In this document: positions 15,786 to 24,874 of the stretch, piece after piece
How positions within the stretch are numbered: position 1 is the first letter of the stretch
Layout of the letters: each line of letters starts with the position of its first letter
Source of the DNA: Ignavibacteria bacterium
GTDB lineage: Bacteria > Bacteroidota > Ignavibacteria > SZUA-365
Direction: 5' to 3'
DNA length: 64,000 bases
NCBI GenBank assembly: GCA_002869275.1
Contig: PKTF01000078.1
Location: 1,839 to 65,838, forward strand
Program-made: the position numbers and the translations under genes
The notes under the pieces: generated by a model
What the model was told of the DNA's origin: nothing
The model's input: only the letters and a program-made list of their open reading frames with translations
Databases searched by the model: none

Positions 15786-18731
15786 ATGCATCGACGCTGT
15801 TTCCGATCCTTCGCACCCTTCCTGCTTCCACTGCTGCTCGCCGTGCAGGGCGGGTGTGCGTATCTGCCCTTCACAGGAGATGACAAGGATGCGGGAGAAC
15901 AAGGTGAAGCACGACCTGAAATTGCCGCGGTGTCGGTGCAGCCCCCTGCGATCACATTTCCTGCCGATTCCATTCCATTGATACAGGAGGAAGAAGCGTC
16001 CCTGCCTCTTGTCACTCCATGGATCGACAGTCTCCTTGCAGGTATGACAGACCGGCAGCGTATTGCACAACTTCTCGTGCCGTTCAGTTTCAGCGATCTG
16101 GCCGAAAAAACGCTCGACCAGCTGCGTATCGCCGTCAAGGACCAGCAGGTCGGAGCGGTTTTGCTCTCACGTGGTACGCTCGGGGAGGCGCGACAGCTGC
16201 TCGACTCGCTGCAAAGCTGGGCACGTGTGCCCCTTCTGGTGTCGGCGGATTTTGAAACAGGTCCGGGCCGACGGTTTGTCGGGGCGCTTGAACTTCCTTC
16301 GATGATGGCGCTCGGAGCTACGCGTGACCCACAGCTGGCGTATCGCGCAGGACGCGCGGTGGCAGAAGAATCGCGCGATATCGGCGTGCATGTCAACTTT
16401 GCGCCGGTCGCGGATATCAACAGCAATCCGCGTAATCCCATCATCAACACACGCTCCTTCGGAGAAGACCGCGGCCTGGTCGCCAGAATGACCGAGGCGT
16501 TCACGCGCGGTCTGCAGGACGGAGGGATGATCGCCACACCGAAGCATTTTCCGGGACACGGTGATACGGAAACCGACTCGCATTCCGGTTTACCGGTCAT
16601 TCATGCGACGCGGGAAAGAATGGACAGCCTCGAGCTGTATCCATTCCGCCGTCTGGTCCGCGCGCGAGCTATGGCGATGATGACGGCGCATATCGCCGTG
16701 CCTTCCCTGACGGGCGACAGTGCGCTGCCCGCGACGTTTTCCCGGGTCATTCTGGATTCACTGCTGCGGGGAGAGATGGGATTTTCGGGATTGATCGTCA
16801 CCGATGCCCTCAACATGAAGGCCTTGAGCAGGGGAAAAACGGAGAACATTCCCGCAGCTGCGCTGGCCGCAGGAGCAGACCTGCTTCTGATTCCCGCTGA
16901 TATCGATGCGACGATCGATTCCGTGACTGCAGCGCGCGCGCGCGGCGAAATCGACAGTGTACGGCTGCTCGGCTCGGTACGTCGTGTGCTCGCATTGAAA
17001 GAGTGGGTTGAGGCACAGAGCAGTCCGGTGGACTCCACTCTCACGCGGCTCGAACGCGCCGGACGCCATCGCAGGCTGGCAGACCATATCGCCGAGCGCG
17101 CCGTGACGCAGCTGCGCAATGTGAACGAGACACTGCCTATCGAACTCGATGGTAAAACGATCGGTATTGTGAATCTGGTACGACGATCACAGCCGGGTGC
17201 AGCTGTTCAGCTGGCACGGGAGCTGGAGAAGCGCGGTGCTGCAGTGCACATGCTCACGCTTTCCAAAACCATGAAATCACGAGATTGGGAGAAATGGAAA
17301 TCCGAGCAGATCGAGAAGCTGGATGTCCTGCTCATATCATCTTTCATCACGATTGCCGACGGCAGCGGAAACATCGCGTATTCCGATGCACAGAATGAAA
17401 CCCTGGAAGAAATCGCTGCACTCGAACTTCCACGCGTTCTGCTTGCGATGGGAAGTCCATATGTCGCATCGTCCATAGGCGGCATCCCCGCGGTACTGCT
17501 GGCTTATGGACGACAGGCCCCTTCCGTTCGTGCGGTCGCCCGCATCCTCGCCGGAGAAATCGAAGCTTCGGGTACGCTGCCGGTCAGCATTCCCGGGTTG
17601 GAGCAAACCGCCGATATGAAGCCGCGTGTTTCAGAAGCGGAGAGACGACAGCTGTTCTCGGAGGTCGACAACCTGGTGATGGAACAGATCAAACGCGCGT
17701 CATTTCCCGGCGGACAGCTGCTTGTGCTGCGCTGCGACCGCGTGGTCTACGACCGCTGTTACGGAGCGTTCACCTATGACAGTAACGCCAGTCCTGTGAC
17801 CGCCGGAACCCTGTATGACCTGGCTTCACTCACGAAGGTCGTGGCGACTACTCCGGCGGCCATGCGACTGGTCGACGAAGGCCGGCTGCACCTCGACAGC
17901 ACGGTGGCGTTTTATCTCCCGAAATTCGCGGCCAACGGTAAGGAGCACATCACGATCCGCAACCTGCTGATGCATAACAGCGGACTCGAAGCATACCGGC
18001 TGTTCTATCTTTCCCTTGACAACGAACAGGACGTCATCGACAACATTTTCAGCAGTGAACTGGCGTATGCGACCGGCAGTAAAACTGTATACTCAGATCT
18101 TGGAATGATTACCCTCGGGAAGGTGATCGAACGCATAACCGGCATGACGCTGGACAGTTACGTGCGCTCAGAATTTTATGATCCGCTCGGGATGCATGAA
18201 ACGATGTTCAATCCACCGGACTCGCTTCGCACGCGTATTGCTCCCACGGAAGTAGACGGTACCTGGCGAAAGCGGCTGATACACGGTACGGTGCACGATC
18301 CTGCCTCGGCCCTGCTCGGTGGTGTTGCCGGACATGCCGGACTCTTCTCCTCCGCACGCAGCCTGCTTCCCTTTGTGCGCATGATGCTGCACGAAGGAAC
18401 GCTGGACAGCGTGCGCTATATCGATGATGCGACACTGCGTTTGTTCACCACGCGGCAGTCCGGCGGCAGCACGCGCGCGCTCGGCTGGGATACGCGCTCG
18501 ACAACCGGGTCATCGTCCGGCAGGTATTTCTCGATGAAGTCGTACGGCCACACCGGATTCACCGGCACATCGATCTGGATCGATCCTGTCGCGAGCGTTG
18601 CCGTAATTTTTCTGACAAACCGCGTGCATCCGACTGCGGCGAACAGGCAGCAGGCACGCTTCCGCTCGGTTTTGCACGACGCCGTGCGCGAGGTACTGAC
18701 CGACATGGATCTCCTTACCCCGCGTCGATGA
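15786..18731 (+). CDS. bifunctional glycoside hydrolase family 3 (NagZ-like beta-N-acetylhexosaminidase) / serine beta-lactamase-like (AmpH/PBP4-like) fusion protein
   Basis: GH3 N-domain motif KHFPGHGDTETDSHSGLPV. C-terminal serine hydrolase motifs SLTK (SxxK), YSD and HTGFTGT (KTG-like). Signal peptide present. The ORF-track alternative start at 15753 overlaps the upstream stop. Confidence 0.8.
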   Translation: MHRRCFRSFAPFLLPLLLAVQGGCAYLPFTGDDKDAGEQGEARPEIAAVSVQPPAITFPADSIPLIQEEEASLPLVTPWIDSLLAGMTDRQRIAQLLVPFSFSDLAEKTLDQLRIAVKDQQVGAVLLSRGTLGEARQLLDSLQSWARVPLLVSADFETGPGRRFVGALELPSMMALGATRDPQLAYRAGRAVAEESRDIGVHVNFAPVADINSNPRNPIINTRSFGEDRGLVARMTEAFTRGLQDGGMIATPKHFPGHGDTETDSHSGLPVIHATRERMDSLELYPFRRLVRARAMAMMTAHIAVPSLTGDSALPATFSRVILDSLLRGEMGFSGLIVTDALNMKALSRGKTENIPAAALAAGADLLLIPADIDATIDSVTAARARGEIDSVRLLGSVRRVLALKEWVEAQSSPVDSTLTRLERAGRHRRLADHIAERAVTQLRNVNETLPIELDGKTIGIVNLVRRSQPGAAVQLARELEKRGAAVHMLTLSKTMKSRDWEKWKSEQIEKLDVLLISSFITIADGSGNIAYSDAQNETLEEIAALELPRVLLAMGSPYVASSIGGIPAVLLAYGRQAPSVRAVARILAGEIEASGTLPVSIPGLEQTADMKPRVSEAERRQLFSEVDNLVMEQIKRASFPGGQLLVLRCDRVVYDRCYGAFTYDSNASPVTAGTLYDLASLTKVVATTPAAMRLVDEGRLHLDSTVAFYLPKFAANGKEHITIRNLLMHNSGLEAYRLFYLSLDNEQDVIDNIFSSELAYATGSKTVYSDLGMITLGKVIERITGMTLDSYVRSEFYDPLGMHETMFNPPDSLRTRIAPTEVDGTWRKRLIHGTVHDPASALLGGVAGHAGLFSSARSLLPFVRMMLHEGTLDSVRYIDDATLRLFTTRQSGGSTRALGWDTRSTTGSSSGRYFSMKSYGHTGFTGTSIWIDPVASVAVIFLTNRVHPTAANRQQARFRSVLHDAVREVLTDMDLLTPRR

Positions 18732-18825
18732 CCGGGTCTGATTGACTTTTCTTTCTGATTGCCTTACTCTGAGTGCATTCGAATCAGAGAAAAATCTCCT
18801 CAAATACTGTCTCGGAGGATATATC

Positions 18826-20196
18826 ATGCAGCGTTCCCGCATCATGTTCATGATCATCGTGTGCTGCGCATGTGCCATCCAACTCAACGGACAGGTGTAT
18901 TTCGAGACCAGTCTGCACGCGACACGCCAGGGGAAGGTACACTGGTACGAGAGTGGATTCTACCTTCTCACGAGCGTGGATATCAAGGACCTGGGATGTA
19001 CCTCCTGCCACGGACCGACCGATGCCGACGGTAATGCCTATACCGGCGAGTACAAGCCAGGATGCGTGGACTGTCACCCCACCGGCGACTTTTCGCGCGA
19101 AGCGCTCACCGAGCAGCAGTGTCTCGGTTGCCACGGAAGGCAGAATGCGGAAATCAATTCGCTGGGATTGAAGGACGTGCACCGCGACGAAGGGGTGGAA
19201 TGCTGGGACTGTCACAAGGCCACCGAAATCCACGGCGAGGAAACCGGTCATGTCTCAATGTGGGAGGCGGGAGCCATCACGGCCTACTGCACGGACTGTC
19301 ACAGCCGCTTGCCCGAAGGACACGACCAGTATGACCCCCATGCGGGCAAGCTGCATTGCAGCGCCTGCCATACCTCCACGGTGATTACCTGCTACAACTG
19401 TCATTTCGAAAGCCAGGTGCAGAGTCACGTCAAACGCGCGAAGCAGACGCTGTCGGGTTTCGTCATGCTGGTCAACCGCGAGAAGGACGGGAAAGTGGGG
19501 ACGGCGTCGTTTCAATCCCTGACCTGGCAGGGCAAATCGTTCGTCGCCTTTGCGCCCTATCACGCGCACGCCATCGAGGAGGAAGGTCGACGCTGCGGCG
19601 CCTGCCACCTGAATCTCGGAGGCAGCAATACCGCGATAGAGGAATACAACAGCACGGGCAGAATTCAATTCGCATCCTGGAATGTCTCAGACAGCACGCT
19701 CAGCTGGCTGCGCGGCGTCGTACCGATTCCATCGGACTACACGCAGAGCCTGAAAATGGATTTTATCACGTATAACGGCAGCACCGCGGATCCGGCGGGT
19801 CCGAGCGCGAACTGGTCGCTCATCGGAGCCGAATGGACGGCGCAGCACATGCTTTATGCCACACCACTGACAACAGCACAGATGGCAAAGCTGGGTATGA
19901 CTGCGACGGATGTCGATCGCGTAGGTCCAGCTGAGAGTTTCGCCCTGCAGCAGAACTATCCGAATCCGTTCAATCCCTCGACGACCATCGTATACAGCGT
20001 CGGACGGGCCGGAAATGTGATGCTCACCGTGAGTGATACACAGGGCCGTATCGTGAGAACGCTTGTCGCTCAGCATCAGGACGCCGGACGCTACTCCGTT
20101 GTTCTCAACGCCGATGATTTGCGCAGCGGTGTATACCTGCTGCATCTGGAAGCGGGCAGTTTCCGCAGTACGAAGAAAATGCTATTGCTGCGGTAG
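18826..20196 (+). CDS. octaheme c-type cytochrome with T9SS C-terminal sorting domain (predicted cell-surface cytochrome)
   Basis: Eight CxxCH motifs: CTSCH, CVDCH, CLGCH, CWDCH, CTDCH, CSACH, CYNCH, CGACH. Signal peptide MQRSRIMFMIIVCCACAIQLNGQ. SD ggagg 8 nt upstream. C-terminal QNYPNPFNPSTTIVYSV…GVYLLHLEAGSF CTD, homologous to the CTDs of the other cargo in this window. Confidence 0.8.
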   Translation: MQRSRIMFMIIVCCACAIQLNGQVYFETSLHATRQGKVHWYESGFYLLTSVDIKDLGCTSCHGPTDADGNAYTGEYKPGCVDCHPTGDFSREALTEQQCLGCHGRQNAEINSLGLKDVHRDEGVECWDCHKATEIHGEETGHVSMWEAGAITAYCTDCHSRLPEGHDQYDPHAGKLHCSACHTSTVITCYNCHFESQVQSHVKRAKQTLSGFVMLVNREKDGKVGTASFQSLTWQGKSFVAFAPYHAHAIEEEGRRCGACHLNLGGSNTAIEEYNSTGRIQFASWNVSDSTLSWLRGVVPIPSDYTQSLKMDFITYNGSTADPAGPSANWSLIGAEWTAQHMLYATPLTTAQMAKLGMTATDVDRVGPAESFALQQNYPNPFNPSTTIVYSVGRAGNVMLTVSDTQGRIVRTLVAQHQDAGRYSVVLNADDLRSGVYLLHLEAGSFRSTKKMLLLR

Positions 20197-20210
20197 GACC
20201 GGATTCACAG

Positions 20211-20254
20211 GAAAACGCGCGCACTGTCCGCTCGGCCGGGCAGTGCGTTTTTTT
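20211..20254. terminator. bidirectional Rho-independent terminator after the cytochrome gene
   Basis: aaaacgcgcgcactg…cagtgcgttttttt: GC-rich hairpin flanked by an A-run and a T-run. Confidence 0.7.
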
Positions 20255-20380
20255 CTGGAATTTCACCTCCCGGTGGTATTACTTTTCCTCTGTATTACAT
20301 CATGTACAATACATACCAATAACAGGGACAGCTCCGCAGCACAGCGACGTTGTGGTGCCGTCCGCATACAGGAGTTTGAG

Positions 20381-20950
20381 ATGAAAAAATTGATTCTCTT
20401 CGCATTGCTGCTTTTCGGCGGAAGCGCCGTGATACAGGCGCAGGAAGGAATGGAAGAAGCGATGGCGCTGATGCAGCCCGGCCCCGAGCATGAGCTGCTC
20501 AAGGAGTTTGTCGGCAGCTGGGACATGCAGGTGAAAATCTGGCAGGCTCCCGGACAGGATCCCATGACCACTACCGGCACCTGTGAAAACCGCATGATCC
20601 TGGGCGACCGGTTTCTCATTACGGAAACAGTTTCCGGTGAAGGTCAGATGCACACGGAAACCATGGGAATCATGGGGTATGACCGTCGACACAAGAAGTT
20701 CACGAATGTCGGATTTGATACCTGGGGTACGTATTACGTGACGGCCAGCGGCGATTACGATGAAGAAAAGCGGCAGTATACGCTCTACGGTGAGGATACT
20801 GATCCCGTTATGGGCATCGACCAGAAATACAATTTCATCATCACCTGGATCAATGATGACGCATGGAAGGTGGAAGTTGTGTTTCTCGACTTCCCCATGG
20901 TCGAGGAAAAGGAATTCAAAATGGTGGAAATCACCTATGTGCGTCCGTAG
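20381..20950 (+). CDS. secreted DUF1579-like hypothetical protein
   Basis: Signal peptide MKKLILFALLLFGGSAVIQA. SD aggag upstream. Trp/Gly-rich ~170-aa mature protein. Family assignment is from memory only. Confidence 0.45.
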   Translation: MKKLILFALLLFGGSAVIQAQEGMEEAMALMQPGPEHELLKEFVGSWDMQVKIWQAPGQDPMTTTGTCENRMILGDRFLITETVSGEGQMHTETMGIMGYDRRHKKFTNVGFDTWGTYYVTASGDYDEEKRQYTLYGEDTDPVMGIDQKYNFIITWINDDAWKVEVVFLDFPMVEEKEFKMVEITYVRP

Positions 20951-21013
20951 GAAACAGAAACGCGCTCATTTTCGTTAAATAAGTATATGCACTTCCATAC
21001 AAGGGGTTTCGTC

Positions 21014-21826
21014 ATGAAACGCACAAGGTATTTTGCATCGCTCACATTGGTCGTAGCCGCGGCGATGTTTGTGGTCAGCTGCGGTACGGTTCCGGTGACA
21101 GGACGCAGCCAGCTCAATCTGATTCCCGCATCGACCATGATGTCGATGAGCTATCAGCAGTACGGGGATTTCCTCAAATCAAATCGGCTCAGCAGCGACC
21201 AGAACAAAGTAATGATGGTACGCAGCGTCGGCATGAAGATCAAAGGCGCGGTTGAACGTTATTTCGCGCAGAAAGGAATCTCCGGCGAACTCGAGGGCTA
21301 TAAATGGGAATTCAACCTCGTGGAGAGCAAAGATGTGAATGCCTGGTGCATGCCCGGCGGTAAGGTGGTTATTTACACCGGCATTCTGCCGATCACGCGA
21401 GATGAAACAGGGCTGGCGGTCGTCATGGGACATGAGGTCGCGCATGCCATCGCCGAACACGGAAACGAGCGTATGAGCCAGGGCTTGCTGACACAGTTGG
21501 GCGGCGTCGCGCTATCGGAAGCCATCAAAGACAAGCCCGCGCAGACGCAGCAGTTGTGGATGACAGCTTTCGGTGTGGGCGCCCAGGTTGGGGTGCTGCT
21601 GCCCTTCAGCCGTCTGCATGAGAGTGAAGCCGATCATCTCGGACTCATTTTCATGGCTATGGCGGGGTTCAATCCCAACGAAGCCGTGAACTTCTGGCAG
21701 CGCATGGCCGCGCTGAAAGGAGGACAGTCGCCGCCTGAGTTTCTCAGCACACATCCATCCGACGAGACGCGCATCGCAGATATCAGGAAGCATCTTCCAG
21801 ACGCGATGAAGTATTACAAAAAATGA
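21014..21826 (+). CDS. M48-family zinc metallopeptidase lipoprotein
   Basis: Lipobox LTLVVAAAMFVVSC. HExxH motif HEVAHAIAEH with a downstream Glu (…HESEADHLG). Confidence 0.7.
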   Translation: MKRTRYFASLTLVVAAAMFVVSCGTVPVTGRSQLNLIPASTMMSMSYQQYGDFLKSNRLSSDQNKVMMVRSVGMKIKGAVERYFAQKGISGELEGYKWEFNLVESKDVNAWCMPGGKVVIYTGILPITRDETGLAVVMGHEVAHAIAEHGNERMSQGLLTQLGGVALSEAIKDKPAQTQQLWMTAFGVGAQVGVLLPFSRLHESEADHLGLIFMAMAGFNPNEAVNFWQRMAALKGGQSPPEFLSTHPSDETRIADIRKHLPDAMKYYKK

Positions 21827-22146
21827 TGAGAATCTCGATTCCCTCGGTCTCGACTGAAATGCAGGGCGTGTTGTGCGCCCTGCTTCTTTTCGCTGCTGCA
21901 AGCACAATCGCGATCGCGCAGGAAACCGCTGGAGGAAATGCAGACAGGGGAGCGTCGTCTGATTCACAGAGCTGGACGATGCATTCGTCCGCTTCGAAAA
22001 TTCTGCGCACGACTTTCCGCAGCGCATCGAATACCAACGCACGGGTGACGACGAGCTGACTGCGCGTATCGCCGGTGTTTCTATTCCCGCACAACTGCGT
22101 ATTTTACGTACCATGCATTTTCTGTCCATGAAACAGGACATCGACT

Positions 22147-24279
22147 ATGATGAACCTCCGTTCCGTAATCACTCTTTCCGTTCTTTTTCTCATCACGGTA
22201 TGCACATCGCATGCCCAGCAATCGGAGCACGCCGTACTGGAAAACGGTACGATGTGGACCTTCGATAATCCCCCGGTGGAGTATTTTTCCGAGACCTATG
22301 ATTTTTCGCCTGACGGCGAGTGGTTCGATGACGTACGCATGTCGGCGCTGCGCTTCGCCAACCACTGCTCGGCATCATTCATCAGTGCCGAGGGACTCGT
22401 GATGACCAATTTCCATTGCGGTATCGACGCCGTGCAGGAAGTCACACGCGAGGGCGAGGATTTGCGTCGAGATGGTTTCTATGCAGCGACCGCCGCGGAT
22501 GAGCGCCGTGTGCCCGATCTGTTTGTCGAGCAACTCGTCGGCATCGAGGATGTGACCGAGGAGGTCATCGGTGCGATGGCTTCGGCTGAAGATGCTTCCG
22601 CCGCGATGGAACTGCGGGCGAAGGCCATCGCTGAAATTGAAACACGCATGAGCGAGGCTCCCGTCCGCTGCCAGGTGGTGACGTTTTACAACGGCGCGCG
22701 CTTCTCCGCGTATCTTTACAAACGATATGATGATGTCCGCCTCGTGTTTTCGAGCGAACTCGGCTTCGCGTTCTTCGGTGGCATCTATGACTTCTGGGCC
22801 TACCCGCGCTACTCCTTCGACTGCGATCTGTTTCGTGTCTACGAAAACGGTGAGCCGATGAAGCCCGAGCATTATTTCCACTGGAGCGAAAAGGGCGCGG
22901 CTCCGGGTGAAGCGATCTTCGTCGTGGGCAACCCCGGTCGCACCGGCAGGCTCGTCACGGCCGACATACTGGAATTCGAACGTGATCATCGCGTACCCTT
23001 TGTAGTCGATCTGCTGACGGACGCGATGGAAGAGATGAAGGAACAGATCCGTTCGAATCCGGAAAGCGCCGGCGAGAAGTTCGACCAGTATTTCGGTATC
23101 GTCAATTCGCAGGAAGCCTATGCGGGACGGTTGATTGGTCTGCGCGACAACGAGTTGATCGAACGCCGCCGGGCCTTCGACGAGCGCTCCCGCGAGGCGG
23201 TGCGCAGCGATCCGGATCTTGAAAAGAAATATGGTACGCTGTGGGACGATATTCGTGCGCTGACGACGAAGCAGAAGGCCCTGGCGCCGGATCTGTACGC
23301 GCTGCGCACGAGCGGGCTCGGAAACAGTGCCTACATCGTCCGTGCCAGCGCGATCGTTACCTGGATCGAGCAAACGGCTCTTCCCGAAGAACAGCGAAGC
23401 AAGAGCTACCGGGGTGAAGCGGCTGAGCTGCAGCGCAGGCAGCTGCTGCGTCCGCTGGAGAGTGATCCTGTGACGGACGAGCGCGGCTTCACTCAGCAGC
23501 TGCAGCGGATGCAGAACATCCTCGGCGCGAACGATCCGCTCATGCAGCAAGCGCTGCAGGGATCGGATCCCGCAACTGCGGCGAAGCGCATGCTCTCGGA
23601 GACGAAGCTGACGGATACGGAGGCGATCAAGTCACTCCTGGATAACGGTGATCTGGAAGCATGTGCGGATCCCTTCATTCGCCTCGCGCGAGTTATGAAT
23701 ACGCGTGGAGCGAAAGCCGCGACGGCGAATGCTCCGCTGGCCGCGGAGCTGGAGCACAAGCGTCAGATGCTTGGATCCGCGCTGTACGCGATCTATGGCA
23801 ACGCCATTCCACCAGACGCCACATTCACCCTGCGTATCTCCGACGGCATTGTCGACGGGTATGAATACAACGGGACGGTTGCCCCATCGTACACGACCTT
23901 CTATGGCATGTACGACCGCTACCACTCCTTCGATGATGATCCCGGCCGTTCCTGGGATGCCATGATGAACGGCAATGCCTGGGAGCTGCCGCCGCGCTGG
24001 AAGAATCCGCCGGCATCCTTTGATCTTTCGACGCCGATCAACTTCGTGTCCACCTGCGACATCATCGGAGGAAATTCAGGGAGCCCGGTGATCAACAAGA
24101 ACAAGGAAATTATCGGACTGGCTTTCGACGGCAATATCGAAAGCCTGCCCGGCGAATTCATCTTCGCACCCGACAAGGCCAACCGCACCATCTCTGTGCA
24201 TTCACAGGGCATCATCGAATCGCTGCGCCATATCTATAACGCCACGCGTATCGTAGAGGAAATTGAGCGCAGCCGTTAG
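22147..24279 (+). CDS. S46-family dipeptidyl-peptidase (DPP7/DPP11-like)
   Basis: N-terminal MWTFDNPPVEYFSETYDFSPDGEWFDDVRMSALRF…GLVMTNFHCG (catalytic His region). C-terminal IGGNSGSPVINKNKEIIGLAFDGN (catalytic Ser). Length 710 aa, with signal peptide. Confidence 0.8.
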   Translation: MMNLRSVITLSVLFLITVCTSHAQQSEHAVLENGTMWTFDNPPVEYFSETYDFSPDGEWFDDVRMSALRFANHCSASFISAEGLVMTNFHCGIDAVQEVTREGEDLRRDGFYAATAADERRVPDLFVEQLVGIEDVTEEVIGAMASAEDASAAMELRAKAIAEIETRMSEAPVRCQVVTFYNGARFSAYLYKRYDDVRLVFSSELGFAFFGGIYDFWAYPRYSFDCDLFRVYENGEPMKPEHYFHWSEKGAAPGEAIFVVGNPGRTGRLVTADILEFERDHRVPFVVDLLTDAMEEMKEQIRSNPESAGEKFDQYFGIVNSQEAYAGRLIGLRDNELIERRRAFDERSREAVRSDPDLEKKYGTLWDDIRALTTKQKALAPDLYALRTSGLGNSAYIVRASAIVTWIEQTALPEEQRSKSYRGEAAELQRRQLLRPLESDPVTDERGFTQQLQRMQNILGANDPLMQQALQGSDPATAAKRMLSETKLTDTEAIKSLLDNGDLEACADPFIRLARVMNTRGAKAATANAPLAAELEHKRQMLGSALYAIYGNAIPPDATFTLRISDGIVDGYEYNGTVAPSYTTFYGMYDRYHSFDDDPGRSWDAMMNGNAWELPPRWKNPPASFDLSTPINFVSTCDIIGGNSGSPVINKNKEIIGLAFDGNIESLPGEFIFAPDKANRTISVHSQGIIESLRHIYNATRIVEEIERSR

Positions 24280-24303
24280 CAGCTTCACAACACAGGAGCA
24301 CAC

Positions 24304-24840
24304 ATGCGCCATCACATACAGCTTTCTGTCGTCCTGGTCCTGCTCGTGTTTGCCGGCAGTCTGCCGCTGTCGGCTCAGGAACTGGACGAACACCTCGCCA
24401 TGTTCACCCCGCTTGTCGGCAAGACCTGGAAAGGTCGTCTCAGTGCAGAAGGAGCGGAAAAGGAATCCTGGGATGTTTCCCGCTGGGAGCGCGCGCTCAA
24501 CGGCAAAGCCGTGCGCATTATGCATTCCGTCAACGATGGAGAATACGGCGGAGAGACGCTGATTGTCTGGAACCGTGAAGAAGAACGTGTGGAATTCTAC
24601 TACTTCACAACAGCCGGCTTTTTCACCCAGGGAACGATCACGGGCGAATTCGGAAATTTCACCGCGCATGAGTACGTCACCGGGAATGCCAATGGCATTA
24701 CTGAAGTACGCTCTTCGAGTACGGTGCTCGAGGACGGTTCCCTGAAGGGCAGTTCAGAGTACCTGAAGGACGACGAGTGGGTACCAGGACACGAAATCAT
24801 TTACAAGGAAGCACCCGACGCGGAAGTCACGTTCAAATAA
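24304..24840 (+). CDS. secreted hypothetical protein
   Basis: Signal peptide MRHHIQLSVVLVLLVFAGSLPLSAQ. No recognisable motif. Confidence 0.5.
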   Translation: MRHHIQLSVVLVLLVFAGSLPLSAQELDEHLAMFTPLVGKTWKGRLSAEGAEKESWDVSRWERALNGKAVRIMHSVNDGEYGGETLIVWNREEERVEFYYFTTAGFFTQGTITGEFGNFTAHEYVTGNANGITEVRSSSTVLEDGSLKGSSEYLKDDEWVPGHEIIYKEAPDAEVTFK

Positions 24841-24874
24841 CCGGCTCGCACCGGTATCGCTCATCGCGGCGACG

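Noticed and set aside
21823-22059. 78-aa ORF with a hydrophobic signal-like N-terminus (MMRISIPSVSTEMQGVLCALLLFAAAST…) in the 320-bp gap before the S46 gene
   Set aside because: It overlaps the M48 gene stop and a terminator-like hairpin (cagggcgtgttgtgcgccctg). It has no SD and has Ala/Ser/Thr-rich low-complexity composition. It is more likely the 5' UTR/promoter of the S46 gene. Kept only as a low-probability small-protein candidate.
22375-23550. 391-aa minus-strand ORF inside the S46 peptidase gene, and similar long antisense ORFs at 47162-48856, 50951-52015, 56388-57803, 61092-61877 and 6749-7612
   Set aside because: All lie antisense to confidently assigned genes and lack signal, motif or SD context. 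They are explained by high GC suppressing stop codons in non-coding frames.
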